A stretch of 64,000 nucleotides of DNA. It comes from Bacteroidota bacterium (lineage in GTDB: Bacteria; Bacteroidota; Bacteroidia; M30B66). The stretch lies in assembly GCA_027483445.1 (NCBI GenBank), contig JAIXUS010000038.1, positions 83,931 through 147,930 on the forward strand. Reading direction: 5' to 3'. The notes under the pieces are model-generated. The model did not search any database and was not told where the DNA came from. It was given only the letters and a program-made list of their open reading frames with translations. The first letter of the stretch is position 1, and every line of letters begins with the position of its first letter. The position numbers and the translations under genes were made by a program. Below are positions 8,470-19,186 of this stretch, piece after piece.

Positions 8470-11062
8470 ATAAAGGGAAAAGGTTAGGAAATTCAATTAC
8501 AAAAAGGGCTCCGGGCCCATCGGTTTTACGGTGTGAAATGCGTCCAGAATTCATTTCTACCAGCTGTTTAACGATTACCAATCCAAGTCCGGTTCCTTGA
8601 ATATTCACTGTGTTTGAGGCCCTATAAAAGGAGGTGAATAAATGTGGAATTTCATTGGGAGGAATTCCAATTCCAAAATCGCGCACCGAAAGTATAACAC
8701 CGTCGGTCTGGTAGTTCACGGTCACCTGCGGATCATCGGCACCATCGGAATACTTAAGGGCATTCGATACTAAATTGGTAAAAATGTGTCGAACCTGAGT
8801 GCGGTCTAACTCATGCAAATTGGGCTCACCTTCGACAGTTAAATGGATTTTTCTTTTAAAATTTGGATTAAAACGAAGTTCCTCGATCAAGCTTGCAATC
8901 ACTTCACAAAGGAACACAGGTTCGGGCATGAAAACCATTCTTCCGGAGTCTAAACGCCCCATGAGAAGGATGTTTTCCATGATTTCAGACATCAGATCTA
9001 TTTCGGAAACGATCCGTGTGTGATGCTTACCAAAGGAACTACTAAACACAGAGGATGGCGGGTCGGATAATGCAGAAAACTGCAATCCAAGAATATCCAT
9101 GCTCGACTTAATTGTTGCCAGAGGTGTTCTAAATTCGTGAGAAACGAGATTTATAAAGTGAGATTTGAACTGATTAAGCTGGCGTTCTTTATTTAGGGCC
9201 TTAACGGTGTTTTCTTCAGCAAGCTTTAAGGCAGTAACATCACTTTCTACAACAATAAAGTTAACTACTTTTCCTTGTTGATCGTGGATTGGTGTGATAT
9301 CAAGATAGAGCCAAATGGCATCTCCTTTCACCGTATAATTGAGAATTTCACCCCGATAGGATGTTCCGTTTAAAATGGAGTGTTGTATCTCTTCTATGGT
9401 AATAGAATCTGTGCCTGAACCGCATAATAAATTTGGATACTTCCCAATAACAAAATCACTTGAATATCCGGTAATTCGATTAAAGCTTTCATTCACCCAT
9501 TGAATTTCACCTCGCTCATTAGTGATGATTACTATCGAATTTGTTTTCTCGGCCACGATGGCTAAACGGGCAAACTCTTCCGACTTCTTTTTTTCTTCGG
9601 TTACGTCGTGTGTGATGCAAATTAAGCCATTATCGGGAAGAACAGTAAGCGAAATTTCCTGAAAAATAAATGAACCATCCTTTTTCAGTCCTTTGGTGGT
9701 ACCTCTGTAAAACCCATTTTTAATAAACTCAGGAAATATTTCGTTTTCAATCCTAAGGATTTCGTCGGGTGGATATAGCACCTTCCATGATTTTCCAAGC
9801 AATTCATCAACAGAATTATACCCAAATATTTCGATATGTGCCTTATTCAAATAGGTGTATTGGTCTAAACCATTCATGATTCCAACACCTTCAATGGAAT
9901 TCTCGATGGCCAGTTTTTGCTGCTCGATGGTTGAGTTGGCTTTGATACTTGCATCTATATCCTGAATTATGCCAGCCAACAATGGGTCTAGTGTGGTTGA
10001 GTTCTCGCAGAAAAATTTAATTCGCACCCATGAATGAGAGCCATCTGACTTTTGAATTCGGAAATCGAGCGTTTCTTCCAGCGTGGTTTGATTCAAAAAA
10101 CGGTGAACTAAAGCCGATAATTTAGATTGGTCATCGGGTGTTGCAATAGAAATAAGTCCTTTCTGTAAAAATTGCTCTGCCTTGTACCCAGTAATTCGCT
10201 CAAAGGCATTACTTAAAAACAAGATACCGGAGTCGGAGTCAATCTGAAAAACGATTTCATCGAGCCGATGGGCGATTTCGAGGAAACGCAATCGCTGATT
10301 TTTCATTTCGGTAACGTCAATACCGTATCCGATTACGAACTCAAGCTTATTGTTATTTCGGTGTGGATAGAATTTACGATACTTCCACTGCACTTGACCA
10401 TGTTCATTTACAGTAGAAAACTCCTCCAGAAACGGGTCTGAGATTCCATTAACTGTGTTGATAAAGCTTTGACGTCGTTGTTCAGCAATGGATAGCGGAA
10501 GGCCTCTACGCTGGCAAAATTCAAAATCGTTCTTTCCGATAATCCAAGCCCTCGTATCGGGGTTTTTGATGGCTTGTTTGTTTATATAGATATACCGGTG
10601 TTCGGGATCAAAAACCGCGATATCAGCTGGAATATTATCTAAAATGGCTTCATAAAATTGAAGATGACGTCGCGTTTCATCCAATTCCAAAACCAAATTT
10701 GCCAGCACAATTTTCACCACACACAATTCACTCTCAATATGCAAGTTGGCTTCGATTTTAAAGCGCTCGTTGAGTGGGAAGCTGAATTTCCCTTTGCGCT
10801 CATTCATTGTAAAACAATCAGAATACGCCTCAAACCACTTGGAAATTGCGTGATGCGTAGCAGATTTGCCAAGTATTTCGCCAATGATCGGTTGATACTG
10901 ACACTGCTTATAAAGCTCCTGACTAAAACCGGCTGTCATGCGAATAATCTCCCCCCTTCGCAATAAAGCGATGTTTGGGTGTTCATTGCACATTAAATCC
11001 CAAAATACCGCTTCAACGGTTGTAGAATCGGCAAGCGAAGAGATTTGGGTTTGCGCACTCAT
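8438..11062 (-). CDS. Multi-PAS sensor histidine kinase (cytoplasmic)
   Basis: About four PAS/PAC domains (N.AFERITGY, KKDGS, DVT), H-box VSHEFRTPL, NLVSNALKYS, DFGIGI and GTGLGL. Probable ATG at 11062 with TAATTTTG just upstream. Confidence 0.92.
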   Translation of the reverse strand: MSAQTQISSLADSTTVEAVFWDLMCNEHPNIALLRRGEIIRMTAGFSQELYKQCQYQPIIGEILGKSATHHAISKWFEAYSDCFTMNERKGKFSFPLNERFKIEANLHIESELCVVKIVLANLVLELDETRRHLQFYEAILDNIPADIAVFDPEHRYIYINKQAIKNPDTRAWIIGKNDFEFCQRRGLPLSIAEQRRQSFINTVNGISDPFLEEFSTVNEHGQVQWKYRKFYPHRNNNKLEFVIGYGIDVTEMKNQRLRFLEIAHRLDEIVFQIDSDSGILFLSNAFERITGYKAEQFLQKGLISIATPDDQSKLSALVHRFLNQTTLEETLDFRIQKSDGSHSWVRIKFFCENSTTLDPLLAGIIQDIDASIKANSTIEQQKLAIENSIEGVGIMNGLDQYTYLNKAHIEIFGYNSVDELLGKSWKVLYPPDEILRIENEIFPEFIKNGFYRGTTKGLKKDGSFIFQEISLTVLPDNGLICITHDVTEEKKKSEEFARLAIVAEKTNSIVIITNERGEIQWVNESFNRITGYSSDFVIGKYPNLLCGSGTDSITIEEIQHSILNGTSYRGEILNYTVKGDAIWLYLDITPIHDQQGKVVNFIVVESDVTALKLAEENTVKALNKERQLNQFKSHFINLVSHEFRTPLATIKSSMDILGLQFSALSDPPSSVFSSSFGKHHTRIVSEIDLMSEIMENILLMGRLDSGRMVFMPEPVFLCEVIASLIEELRFNPNFKRKIHLTVEGEPNLHELDRTQVRHIFTNLVSNALKYSDGADDPQVTVNYQTDGVILSVRDFGIGIPPNEIPHLFTSFYRASNTVNIQGTGLGLVIVKQLVEMNSGRISHRKTDGPGALFVIEFPNLFPLYETPEENSHH

Positions 11063-11433
11063 GACTAGATTTTGGGACAAACAAAATTAGGTGATAACCC
11101 TTGCTTAAAAATAGGTATGCCTACTCATTTTTAGTGGGAAGTCTTTACAAAAAGCAAATCAGTATAGCTTTCCTATGTAAAAGAGCACATTCAAGAAAAA
11201 TCGACTTAGCTCCTCCTCAGAATCACTAGAATTAGGTATTGCGCCCTAAAACAGAGTTCAATTCCTTTGAGCTTCTAAATGCATGAAGCAAGATGATTTT
11301 ACCTAAAAATCTAAAGCGCCAATTTCAATTGGGTTTTAAAGATGCGCTTCGAATGATGTTGTGTCTTTTTAATAAAAAAACTGAGCGGCTACCCATGCAT
11401 GATTTCATTCAAATTTATAAACACCAATTTCAC

Positions 11434-13245
11434 ATGAAAAAAACGCTTACACTAAGCATGCTGATTTTCTCATTTTTCTCGATGTATGCTCAAAGATTCA
11501 ATTGGTCAAACAATTCAGGATATCCCGGAATTAACAATTCCTACTTTGGTGCTATTGAAATTTGTACCGACGATGCGGGAAACGTTTACACTTTTGATTT
11601 TGCCAATAGTGATCAAATGTGCGAAAACCAAACAATACCAATTAGCTCGAATGGCTACAATTTGTTCTTGTATAAATTTAGTCCTAGTGGAAGTTTAGTT
11701 TGGGGAAAAGCCTTCGGCCCTGGATTGGGTGGATCTATAGTAACACCTATGAATTTGAAAATTGGACCCGACAATAAAATCTATGCGCTTGCACATATCA
11801 ATGGACCCAATATTGTAGCCGAAGACACCACCTTTAACATCACCGGACCGAACAATGTAATTGTCTGTATAGATACCGAAGGCGAGATTGAATGGACATA
11901 CGCTGCCCAATACAGCTGCCCTAATTGCAGCATGCTAGAAATTGCGAATGGAAAAATTTATTTTCAAGGAGGAGACACGAGAATTAAATCCATCGATTTA
12001 AACCAGCAGCCGGCTTCGGAATTAAATTACTTTTTCGCCGCTGGAACAGCTACGATGGGGATTATTTTCCAAGGGTCTGGGCATTTCAGCAATGGCGAAT
12101 TACTTTTTGCCGGTATACAGAGAGGTAATTCTAGTTTTATCGAAGGTGATACACTTTTTCAAGTTGACAATCCATTTCTCTACTGCAACATTACTTATTT
12201 GAGGACCAATGTCGATTTGGAACCAATTTGGGCAGATACTTATGGATATTTACGTGACCCGGAAACGCAATTTATTCCTGTTGCTGTAGATGGAAACGAT
12301 CAAATATATACAGGTTGGCAGATTCTTAACGATATAAGCATTACAGGCACAAGCATCGACGGAGATTTTAATGCCTATGCAGGAGCCATACTTTCTATGG
12401 ATAGTGCTGGAAATCCTTTATGGTTAAGAGAGCTGGTTAGCCCGGGTCCCTTAAAACTCAGCGATTTATACGCTGATTCAGAAAGTGGCAAAATCTGGAT
12501 AACAGGCACGAGCTCAACACCAACTACCGCGGGTGATAGCACTATGAATCCAAATGTAAATGGAAGCCCAATTATTGTCTCATTCAACGCATCCGGCGAG
12601 TTTATACAACAAATAGCTGCTACACTTCCGCCGGGTTCACAAGGACAATGTATTGAAAAAGGTGCAGGCAATCAATTCATTCTTGGTGGAAAGCTTCCTA
12701 ACGCCTCTAATTACACATTGAATTGTGTTGATTACACCGGTGCCAAAGGCCTCTTCCTCGCAGGATTCCTCGACATACCGGTAAATCCCCCCACTCCGGA
12801 AATTCTTACTAACGGAGAACAACTCTCTGCCAGTCCCGAATTCAGCGGAAATATTCAATGGTTCTTGAATGGTAATCCCATCGAAGGAGCAAACACACTC
12901 AACTACACTGCCTCCGCTGAAGGCAACTATATGGTAGAGTTCTCCTATGACTTTGGATGCACCTCGGCAGCCTCTTCCGAAATCGTTTTTGTGTCTACAG
13001 CAATCCATCATTCTGAAAATCCTCACACTGTTTTATATCCAAATCCGGCTAGCAATTGGATTAAGTTGCCTCTTCTACCGAGTAAATCTGCCGAAGTGAA
13101 AATATATACTTTGAATGGTCAACTGGTTAGGAAACTTCAATCACAAAATGGATTTATTCAAATTGAAGACCTAAATGCGGGTTTTTATATCCTTGAATGG
13201 CCATCAGAAAAAGGCTACATCCATAGAAAATTTGCCAAGCAATAA
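11434..13245 (+). CDS. T9SS type-A cargo with propeller-like repeats and an Ig-like domain
   Basis: Probable start MKKTLTL at 11434 with signal peptide (MYA|Q), QWFLNGNPIEGAN Ig-like motif and C-terminal LYPNPAS...IYTLNGQLV...GFYIL...KFAKQ. Confidence 0.87.
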   Translation: MKKTLTLSMLIFSFFSMYAQRFNWSNNSGYPGINNSYFGAIEICTDDAGNVYTFDFANSDQMCENQTIPISSNGYNLFLYKFSPSGSLVWGKAFGPGLGGSIVTPMNLKIGPDNKIYALAHINGPNIVAEDTTFNITGPNNVIVCIDTEGEIEWTYAAQYSCPNCSMLEIANGKIYFQGGDTRIKSIDLNQQPASELNYFFAAGTATMGIIFQGSGHFSNGELLFAGIQRGNSSFIEGDTLFQVDNPFLYCNITYLRTNVDLEPIWADTYGYLRDPETQFIPVAVDGNDQIYTGWQILNDISITGTSIDGDFNAYAGAILSMDSAGNPLWLRELVSPGPLKLSDLYADSESGKIWITGTSSTPTTAGDSTMNPNVNGSPIIVSFNASGEFIQQIAATLPPGSQGQCIEKGAGNQFILGGKLPNASNYTLNCVDYTGAKGLFLAGFLDIPVNPPTPEILTNGEQLSASPEFSGNIQWFLNGNPIEGANTLNYTASAEGNYMVEFSYDFGCTSAASSEIVFVSTAIHHSENPHTVLYPNPASNWIKLPLLPSKSAEVKIYTLNGQLVRKLQSQNGFIQIEDLNAGFYILEWPSEKGYIHRKFAKQ

Positions 13246-13384
13246 ATCTTCAATAAACTTGGTTAGCAGTGTAAATCACTGTATTTACACCTGAGGGTGA
13301 ATCTTCAAATAGGACTTGGTTATAGGGCAAAAAACAGTTGTTATTCATTACTTTAATACATTGTGTCTGTCCTTAATCAAACCA

Positions 13385-14671
13385 ATGCACATTGATGAAC
13401 TTCCTGATTCTGATAACTTACTTGTTCAAAAAGGCAACCAACTGCATATTGTAATACTGGTTATAGTTTCGGGATTTGCGATTGCCTACTCCCTGCTCCA
13501 CTATGTAAACGGTGATATGCACCAGGCGCTGGCCAGTGCGCTACTGCTTCCGACCTCGCTGATTGCATACGTCCTTTACCATTGGGTAAATCCAACGTTC
13601 TCAAAAGTCTTCAACCTCCTTGCCGTATCGACAGTCATCAGTGAGATGGCCTTTCATGCAGGGCAAAACACTTTTGTATTGGTGTTTTTTGCACCAGTTT
13701 TAGTGAGCACACTCATTGTTTTTCAAGGAAGGCAAACCAGGCTGGGTTATTTGTTAGTTGGATTAACGTTGATTTATCTATCAGGTTTGTTAATTCTAGG
13801 CAAGGATATTCGCTCGGTGAGAACTTACACTGAAACAGAACTTGAATTGGAACAAAGCATCAACTTATTGGGTGCTATTGTAGTAATCGTTACAGAAGTT
13901 ATTTATATATTATTTATTGGAAATAAATTTCAAGCTGAATTAATTAAAATTCAAAAAGAGCTGTGGGGGAAAAACCTGGAAGTTCGAACCACTATGGAAA
14001 CCCGTGATAAAATTATTTCTGTGATGTCGCATGATATTCGCTCACCGCTGCATTTAAGTCAATCTGGATTAAACTATCTGAAAGAAGAAGAAACGACAGA
14101 GGATAATAAGCAAATTCTTCAAGAATTAGCGATCCAAATTGGTGGCACACTTAAATTGGTTGATAATCTATTATTGTGATCGAGAAGTCAAACTCATAAC
14201 CTTCAGGTGAATAAAATGCCTCTTTCTTCTGACTCAATAGAACAATTAATCGATGGTATTCTTGTATTACAGGGCAATAATAAAGTGAGATTTGAAAAAT
14301 TTATTGAGCATGCCTGGATTGTTGAAGCTGATAAAAACATGCTTGAAGCCATATTTAGAAACCTGATATCAAACGCCATCAAGTTTAGTGCAGAGCAGGG
14401 ATTGGTGCAGATTTATATTGAAGCAGAAAATGAAATGCTAAGATTTTGTGTACGCGATAATGGAGTAGGAATGTCCCCTGAAATTGTAGAAAAAATTAGA
14501 CAAGGCATGGGCTACACCACACTTGGTACTCACAGGGAAAAAGGCTATGGAATTGGATTACTTTTGGTGTGTGAATTTATCAAACTTCACAACAGTAAAC
14601 TTGAAATTGATTCTACACCAGGAAAAGGAACACAATTTTTCTTTAGACTCCCAATCTGCAGTGTGGCGTAG
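13385..14671 (+). pseudogene. Membrane sensor histidine kinase interrupted by an in-frame TGA at 14177-14179
   Basis: ORFs 13316-14179 (TM helices plus H-box MSHDIRSPL) and 14207-14671 (HATPase) are in the same frame. The junction reads DNLLL-TGA-SRSQ. Confidence 0.8.
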
Positions 14672-14692
14672 TCTAACGAATGAATATTATCC

Positions 14693-16744
14693 CTAACGTA
14701 TCTCAGATCCCGGGTTTACCGGCTCATTGGGTTGTACAAAGCGTAATTTACCTTCAGCATCTTCAGCCATCAATATCATACCTTGCGATTCAATTCCCCT
14801 GATTTTTCTGGGCTCAAGATTCAGCAAGATGCTCACCTGCTGACCAATTATTGCTTCGGGGGTAAAATGCTCTGCAATTCCTGAGACTACCGTTCGCTTA
14901 TCTACTCCGGTATCCACTAGTAACTTTAATAGCTTATCGGCTTTAGGTACACGTTCAGCGTCTAAAATAGTTCCTACACGAATATCCATTTTCATGAATT
15001 CATCGTACGTTATTGAGTCCTTCACCGGCTTATGTTGAGTTGTGGATTTGTGTTCATGCTTTGAGGCCTGAAGTTTTGCAATTTGCAAATCGACTTCCGT
15101 ATCCTCAATTTTACGAAAAAGAATTTCGGGGGCATTTAATGGATGTCCCTCAGTTAAGTGTGCTACCAATAAATCGTCCCATTTAAATTGTAAAGGAAGA
15201 TTGAGCATCCGCCTGATTTTAGCTGACGTATCTGGCAAAAACACCGATAAAGCGATCGACAAACGAGAAACAATATCGATACTATAGGCAATCACATCCG
15301 CAATTTTTTCGCGATCTGATTCTAAATTTAATTTCCAGGGTTGTGCGTCAGCCAAAAATTTATTTCCTGCACGGGCTAAATTCAATGCATCGAAAAGCGA
15401 TTGACGAAATTGCCAGGCGTTCATTTGCTCCGGCAATTTCGAGAAAATCTGACTGGCAACTTCTTCAACTTCAACAGCTGGAGCGAATGAGGATGCAGGC
15501 ACCTTTCCGTTAAAATACTTGTGGGTAAGCACCATAACCCGATTCACAAAATTTCCGAGAATATCAGCCAATTCGTTATTCACGCGGGCTTGAAAATCCT
15601 TCCAACTAAAATCACTGTCTTTTGTTTCAGGTGCAATGGAGGTTAACACATACCTCAATTCATCGCGGCGCCCGGGAAAATCCTGTAAATACTCATGCAA
15701 CCAAACGGCCCAATTCCTTGATGTAGAAATCTTGTCGCCTTCCAGATTTAGAAATTCATTGGCCGGAACATGATCAGGAAGAATAAAATCTCCATGGGCT
15801 TTGAGAATCGCCGGAAAAATAATGCAATGAAATACAATATTGTCTTTTCCAATAAAGTGAATTAAACTGCTTTCTTCATCTTTCCACCACTTTTCCCAAT
15901 CACCCCCTGTTTTTTCAGCCCATTCACGGGTAGCTGAAATATATCCAATTGGCGCGTCAAACCAAACGTACAACACTTTACCAACTTCTCCTTGCAAAGG
16001 AACTTTTACACCCCAATCTAAATCTCTTGTGATTGCCCGTGGCTGCAAACCTTGATCAAGCCAAGATTTACACTGTCCGTAAACATTGGGCTTCCAATCA
16101 TCTTTATGTGTAAGCAACCAGTCGTTAATCCATGATTGCTGATAGCGGTCGAGTGCTAAAAACCAGTGCTTGGTTTGTTTCTTTACAGGTGCCAAGCCAC
16201 TAAGCCGCGACCGGGGTTGAATTAAATCAGATGGGCTGAGCGATTTTCCGCACTTTTCGCATTGGTCGCCATAGGCATTTTCGTTGCCACAATTCGGACA
16301 AGTACCAACAATGTAGCGGTCGGCGAGAAATGTTTGCTCCTGCTCATCGTAGTATTGCTCAGTAACTTGTTCAATAAATTCGCCTTTCTGGTATAAATTC
16401 AGAAAAAACTCCTGCGCTGTCTCGTGATGAATAGGCGCTGAAGTCCTCGAATAAATGTCGAAAGAAATCCCTAACTCCTCAAAAGCGTCACCCATCATTT
16501 TGTGGTATTTGTCTACAACATCTTGCGGACTTATACCCAAATCGCGCGCCTTCAGGGTGATTGGAACACCGTGCTCATCGGAACCACAAATAAAAAGGAC
16601 TTCTTTTCCCAGTAAACGTAGGAAACGTACGTAAGTGTCGGCAGGAATATAACAGCCGGCCAGATGACCAATATGCACCGGACCATTGGCGTAAGGTAGC
16701 GCCGCGGTGACGGTGTAGCGTTTGGGATGTTTGGGTTGATTCAT
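14693..16744 (-). CDS. metG: Methionine--tRNA ligase
   Basis: ALPYANGPVHIGH, zinc knuckle CPNC...DQCEKC, YVWFDAPIGY, KISTS and a C-terminal tRNA-binding domain. Confidence 0.98.
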   Translation of the reverse strand: MNQPKHPKRYTVTAALPYANGPVHIGHLAGCYIPADTYVRFLRLLGKEVLFICGSDEHGVPITLKARDLGISPQDVVDKYHKMMGDAFEELGISFDIYSRTSAPIHHETAQEFFLNLYQKGEFIEQVTEQYYDEQEQTFLADRYIVGTCPNCGNENAYGDQCEKCGKSLSPSDLIQPRSRLSGLAPVKKQTKHWFLALDRYQQSWINDWLLTHKDDWKPNVYGQCKSWLDQGLQPRAITRDLDWGVKVPLQGEVGKVLYVWFDAPIGYISATREWAEKTGGDWEKWWKDEESSLIHFIGKDNIVFHCIIFPAILKAHGDFILPDHVPANEFLNLEGDKISTSRNWAVWLHEYLQDFPGRRDELRYVLTSIAPETKDSDFSWKDFQARVNNELADILGNFVNRVMVLTHKYFNGKVPASSFAPAVEVEEVASQIFSKLPEQMNAWQFRQSLFDALNLARAGNKFLADAQPWKLNLESDREKIADVIAYSIDIVSRLSIALSVFLPDTSAKIRRMLNLPLQFKWDDLLVAHLTEGHPLNAPEILFRKIEDTEVDLQIAKLQASKHEHKSTTQHKPVKDSITYDEFMKMDIRVGTILDAERVPKADKLLKLLVDTGVDKRTVVSGIAEHFTPEAIIGQQVSILLNLEPRKIRGIESQGMILMAEDAEGKLRFVQPNEPVNPGSEIR

Positions 16745-16750
16745 CCGAAT

Positions 16751-18157
16751 TTAAATGTGCAATGCGCGGTTATCGGTAGCAGCCAGGGCAGCTTCGCGGA
16801 ACGACTCTGTGAATGTTGGGTGGGCGTGAGAAATTCGGGAAATATCTTCGGCAGAGGCTCTAAATTCCATAGCTACAACAGCTTCTGCAATCATGTCGGC
16901 AGCACGCGGACCAATCATGTGAACTCCGAGGATTTCGTCAGTTGTTGCGTCAGCGAGCACTTTAATTAAGCCATCGGTATCCATACTGGCACGGGCACGA
17001 CCTGAGGCTTTAAACGGAAACGACCCTGATTTATAAGCCCGCTTTTTCTCCTTGAGTTGCTCTTCAGTGTAGCCTACAGAAGCCACTTCAGGCCATGTAT
17101 ACACCACATTGGGAATAAGCAAATGATTGATATGCGGGTGTTGGCCTGCAATACGCTCAGCCACATAAACGCCTTCTTCCTCAGCCTTATGGGCCAACAT
17201 AGCTCCACGAACCACATCACCAATGGCATAAATTCCCGGAACCGAGGTTTCGCAATGCTCATTTACCGGAATTCTTCCCCGCTCATCGGCTGAAAGCCCA
17301 GCCTTCTCAAGGTTTAATCCATCAGTGTAAGGCCTGCGTCCGGTCGAAACCAACACATAGTCGCCTTTGAGCTCAAGTGTTTTACCGTCTTTTAACGACT
17401 CCGCTTTAACAGAAACGGTCTTGCCTTTTGCTGAAGCCTCGGTAACCTTGTGTTGTAGATAAAATTCGAACCCAAGTTTAGCCAACGACTTTTGCAATTC
17501 TTTCGATAAAGTCCGGTCGAATGCTCCAACAATTCCATCGGTAAATTCTACCACAGAAATTTTAGTTCCTATGCGTGCATAAACAGAGCCCATTTCCATG
17601 CCGATAACTCCGCCGCCAATGATAATCATGTGTGTTGGCACCGATTGTAAATTGAGGGCTTCGGTAGAAGTAATAATGCGTTTTTTATCGATTGTTACTC
17701 CTGGAACTGATGAGGGCTTTGAACCGGTTGCGATAATTATTTTTGAAGTGCTTAATTGCTCCGTTTTACCATCGGCGGATGTAACCAGCACAGTATTGCG
17801 ATTTTCGAAAGAACCATGCCCGCGAAAAACGGTAATTTTATTTTTCTTCATCAAAAAGTCAATGCCTGCAGTGGTCTGCTTTACCACATCGTCTTTACGC
17901 TTGACCATTTGTGGCAGATTCACTTTCAAATTACTGAGCTCAATTCCATGCTCAGAAAAAGTATGCGTGGCATTGTGAAAATGCTCTGAAGAGTCGAGCA
18001 TAGCCTTCGAGGGAATGCAACCCACATTGAGGCAAGTTCCTCCTAAAGTGCTGTACTTTTCAACCAGCGCGGTTTTCATGCCCAGTTGAGCACATCGGAT
18101 TGCAGACACGTATCCACCTGGCCCTGAACCAATTATGACTACATCAAAAGCTTGCAT
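16751..18157 (-). CDS. lpdA: Dihydrolipoyl dehydrogenase
   Basis: IGSGPGGY, GGTCLNVGCIPSK and HAHPTFTE. The true start is probably MQAFDVV at 18157, not the ORF-track 18388. Confidence 0.97.
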   Translation of the reverse strand: MQAFDVVIIGSGPGGYVSAIRCAQLGMKTALVEKYSTLGGTCLNVGCIPSKAMLDSSEHFHNATHTFSEHGIELSNLKVNLPQMVKRKDDVVKQTTAGIDFLMKKNKITVFRGHGSFENRNTVLVTSADGKTEQLSTSKIIIATGSKPSSVPGVTIDKKRIITSTEALNLQSVPTHMIIIGGGVIGMEMGSVYARIGTKISVVEFTDGIVGAFDRTLSKELQKSLAKLGFEFYLQHKVTEASAKGKTVSVKAESLKDGKTLELKGDYVLVSTGRRPYTDGLNLEKAGLSADERGRIPVNEHCETSVPGIYAIGDVVRGAMLAHKAEEEGVYVAERIAGQHPHINHLLIPNVVYTWPEVASVGYTEEQLKEKKRAYKSGSFPFKASGRARASMDTDGLIKVLADATTDEILGVHMIGPRAADMIAEAVVAMEFRASAEDISRISHAHPTFTESFREAALAATDNRALHI

Positions 18158-18290
18158 AGAATTTTCGTTTAAGCGGTGCAATTTAGTAGTTTGACAGTTG
18201 ATTCGTGATGAAAATATGGCTAAACTGAACAAGAAAGTTGAAGTGCACGTTTTCAATAGAATACAGTATATTTGACACAAATCATTTACC

Positions 18291-18875
18291 ATGATGACGC
18301 ATAGATTCATTAAAATAGCCCTAATATTTACGTTAACTACATGTTTGAGTGCTTGCGGCGATACGGAAAATGAACCGGAGTTCGGCACTTGTCTTGATCC
18401 AATTCTGGTAGAGTTTCCGATGATTATGCCGGTAGATACCTCAGGCGAAGAACCAACTGATTTGGGGTATCCGGGAAGAGTTTACATACCGTCGGCCTTT
18501 ACACCCAATGGCGATTTTGTAAATGATTATTTCAATGTGTCATGCAATACGGTTACCAACCAAATTATTTATCAATTCCACTTGTATAAAAATAATGAGT
18601 TGTATTTATCCAAAACAGGCTCTGAAAATGACGCTGAGGGCTTATTTTCATGGGACGGACGTAACCCGAACGGGCAGATTATTCCTGGAATTTATCGGCT
18701 CAGAGTAGTATTGATTAATAACGGACAAACATTAATACAACAAGACCACTATTTTCATTTAATTCTCCCATTACCCAATGGTGCCTTGCCCAATGCGTTC
18801 TCCTGTTTGTGGTATCCTGCAAACTACGATTCAAGAAAAGGATTAATTTATCCGGATTCAGAAAATTACCAATAA
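18291..18875 (+). CDS. Lipoprotein with an internal gliding-motility-associated (type-B CTD-like) domain
   Basis: Lipobox LSAC, then YIPSAFTPNGDFVNDYF...WDGR...PGIY followed by about 35 extra residues. Confidence 0.8.
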   Translation: MMTHRFIKIALIFTLTTCLSACGDTENEPEFGTCLDPILVEFPMIMPVDTSGEEPTDLGYPGRVYIPSAFTPNGDFVNDYFNVSCNTVTNQIIYQFHLYKNNELYLSKTGSENDAEGLFSWDGRNPNGQIIPGIYRLRVVLINNGQTLIQQDHYFHLILPLPNGALPNAFSCLWYPANYDSRKGLIYPDSENYQ

Positions 18876-18899
18876 AAGGAACCTTTTTTCTGGATTTAT

Positions 18900-19044
18900 G
18901 GCGCCTGCCTCGATGAGCATTTTCGAAACAATTTCACTATGCGTCCGGGCACCGCGTGTTTCGCTCATACTCCTCGTCACGGTAGAGCCACCATGCTTGG
19001 CGGCTCTACTGTGCCTGCGGGGTATCCGCTGCACCCGCTGGCGC
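18900..19044 (-). ncRNA. Structured dispersed repeat, Flavo-1-like RNA motif, copy 2
   Basis: On the + strand shares GGCGCCTGCCTCG, CCGGGCACCGCGTGTTWCGCTCATACTCCTC and TGCGGGGTATCCGCTKCACCCGCTGGCGC with 50430-50623. Internal hairpin GTAGAGCC/GGCTCTAC. Strand is inferred. Confidence 0.6.
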
Positions 19045-19186
19045 TTAATTTTAGGGTAAACCCTCACTAAATACTATTAGAATTCATACCTATACCTGCA
19101 AACCTGATCACATAAATAAAATATACAAAGCAGGAGTTAGCTGGTGAAATAAGTCACAAGGAGGAAATTTAATGGTGAAGATTACC

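Noticed and set aside
14177..14179. Genome-wide TGA=Trp recoding suggested by the in-frame TGA
   Set aside because: Complete conserved genes (secA, nadD, gmk, the hybrid kinase at 2210) end at TGA, and Trp is encoded by TGG elsewhere, so the standard code applies.
4027..14692. Prophage or integrative element at tRNA-Arg
   Set aside because: No integrase, transposase or phage gene, and no duplicated tRNA 3' end was found.
18158..18388. 77-aa N-terminal extension of LpdA in the ORF track
   Set aside because: It overlaps the divergent lipoprotein gene, and the family N-terminus begins at MQAFDVV (18157).
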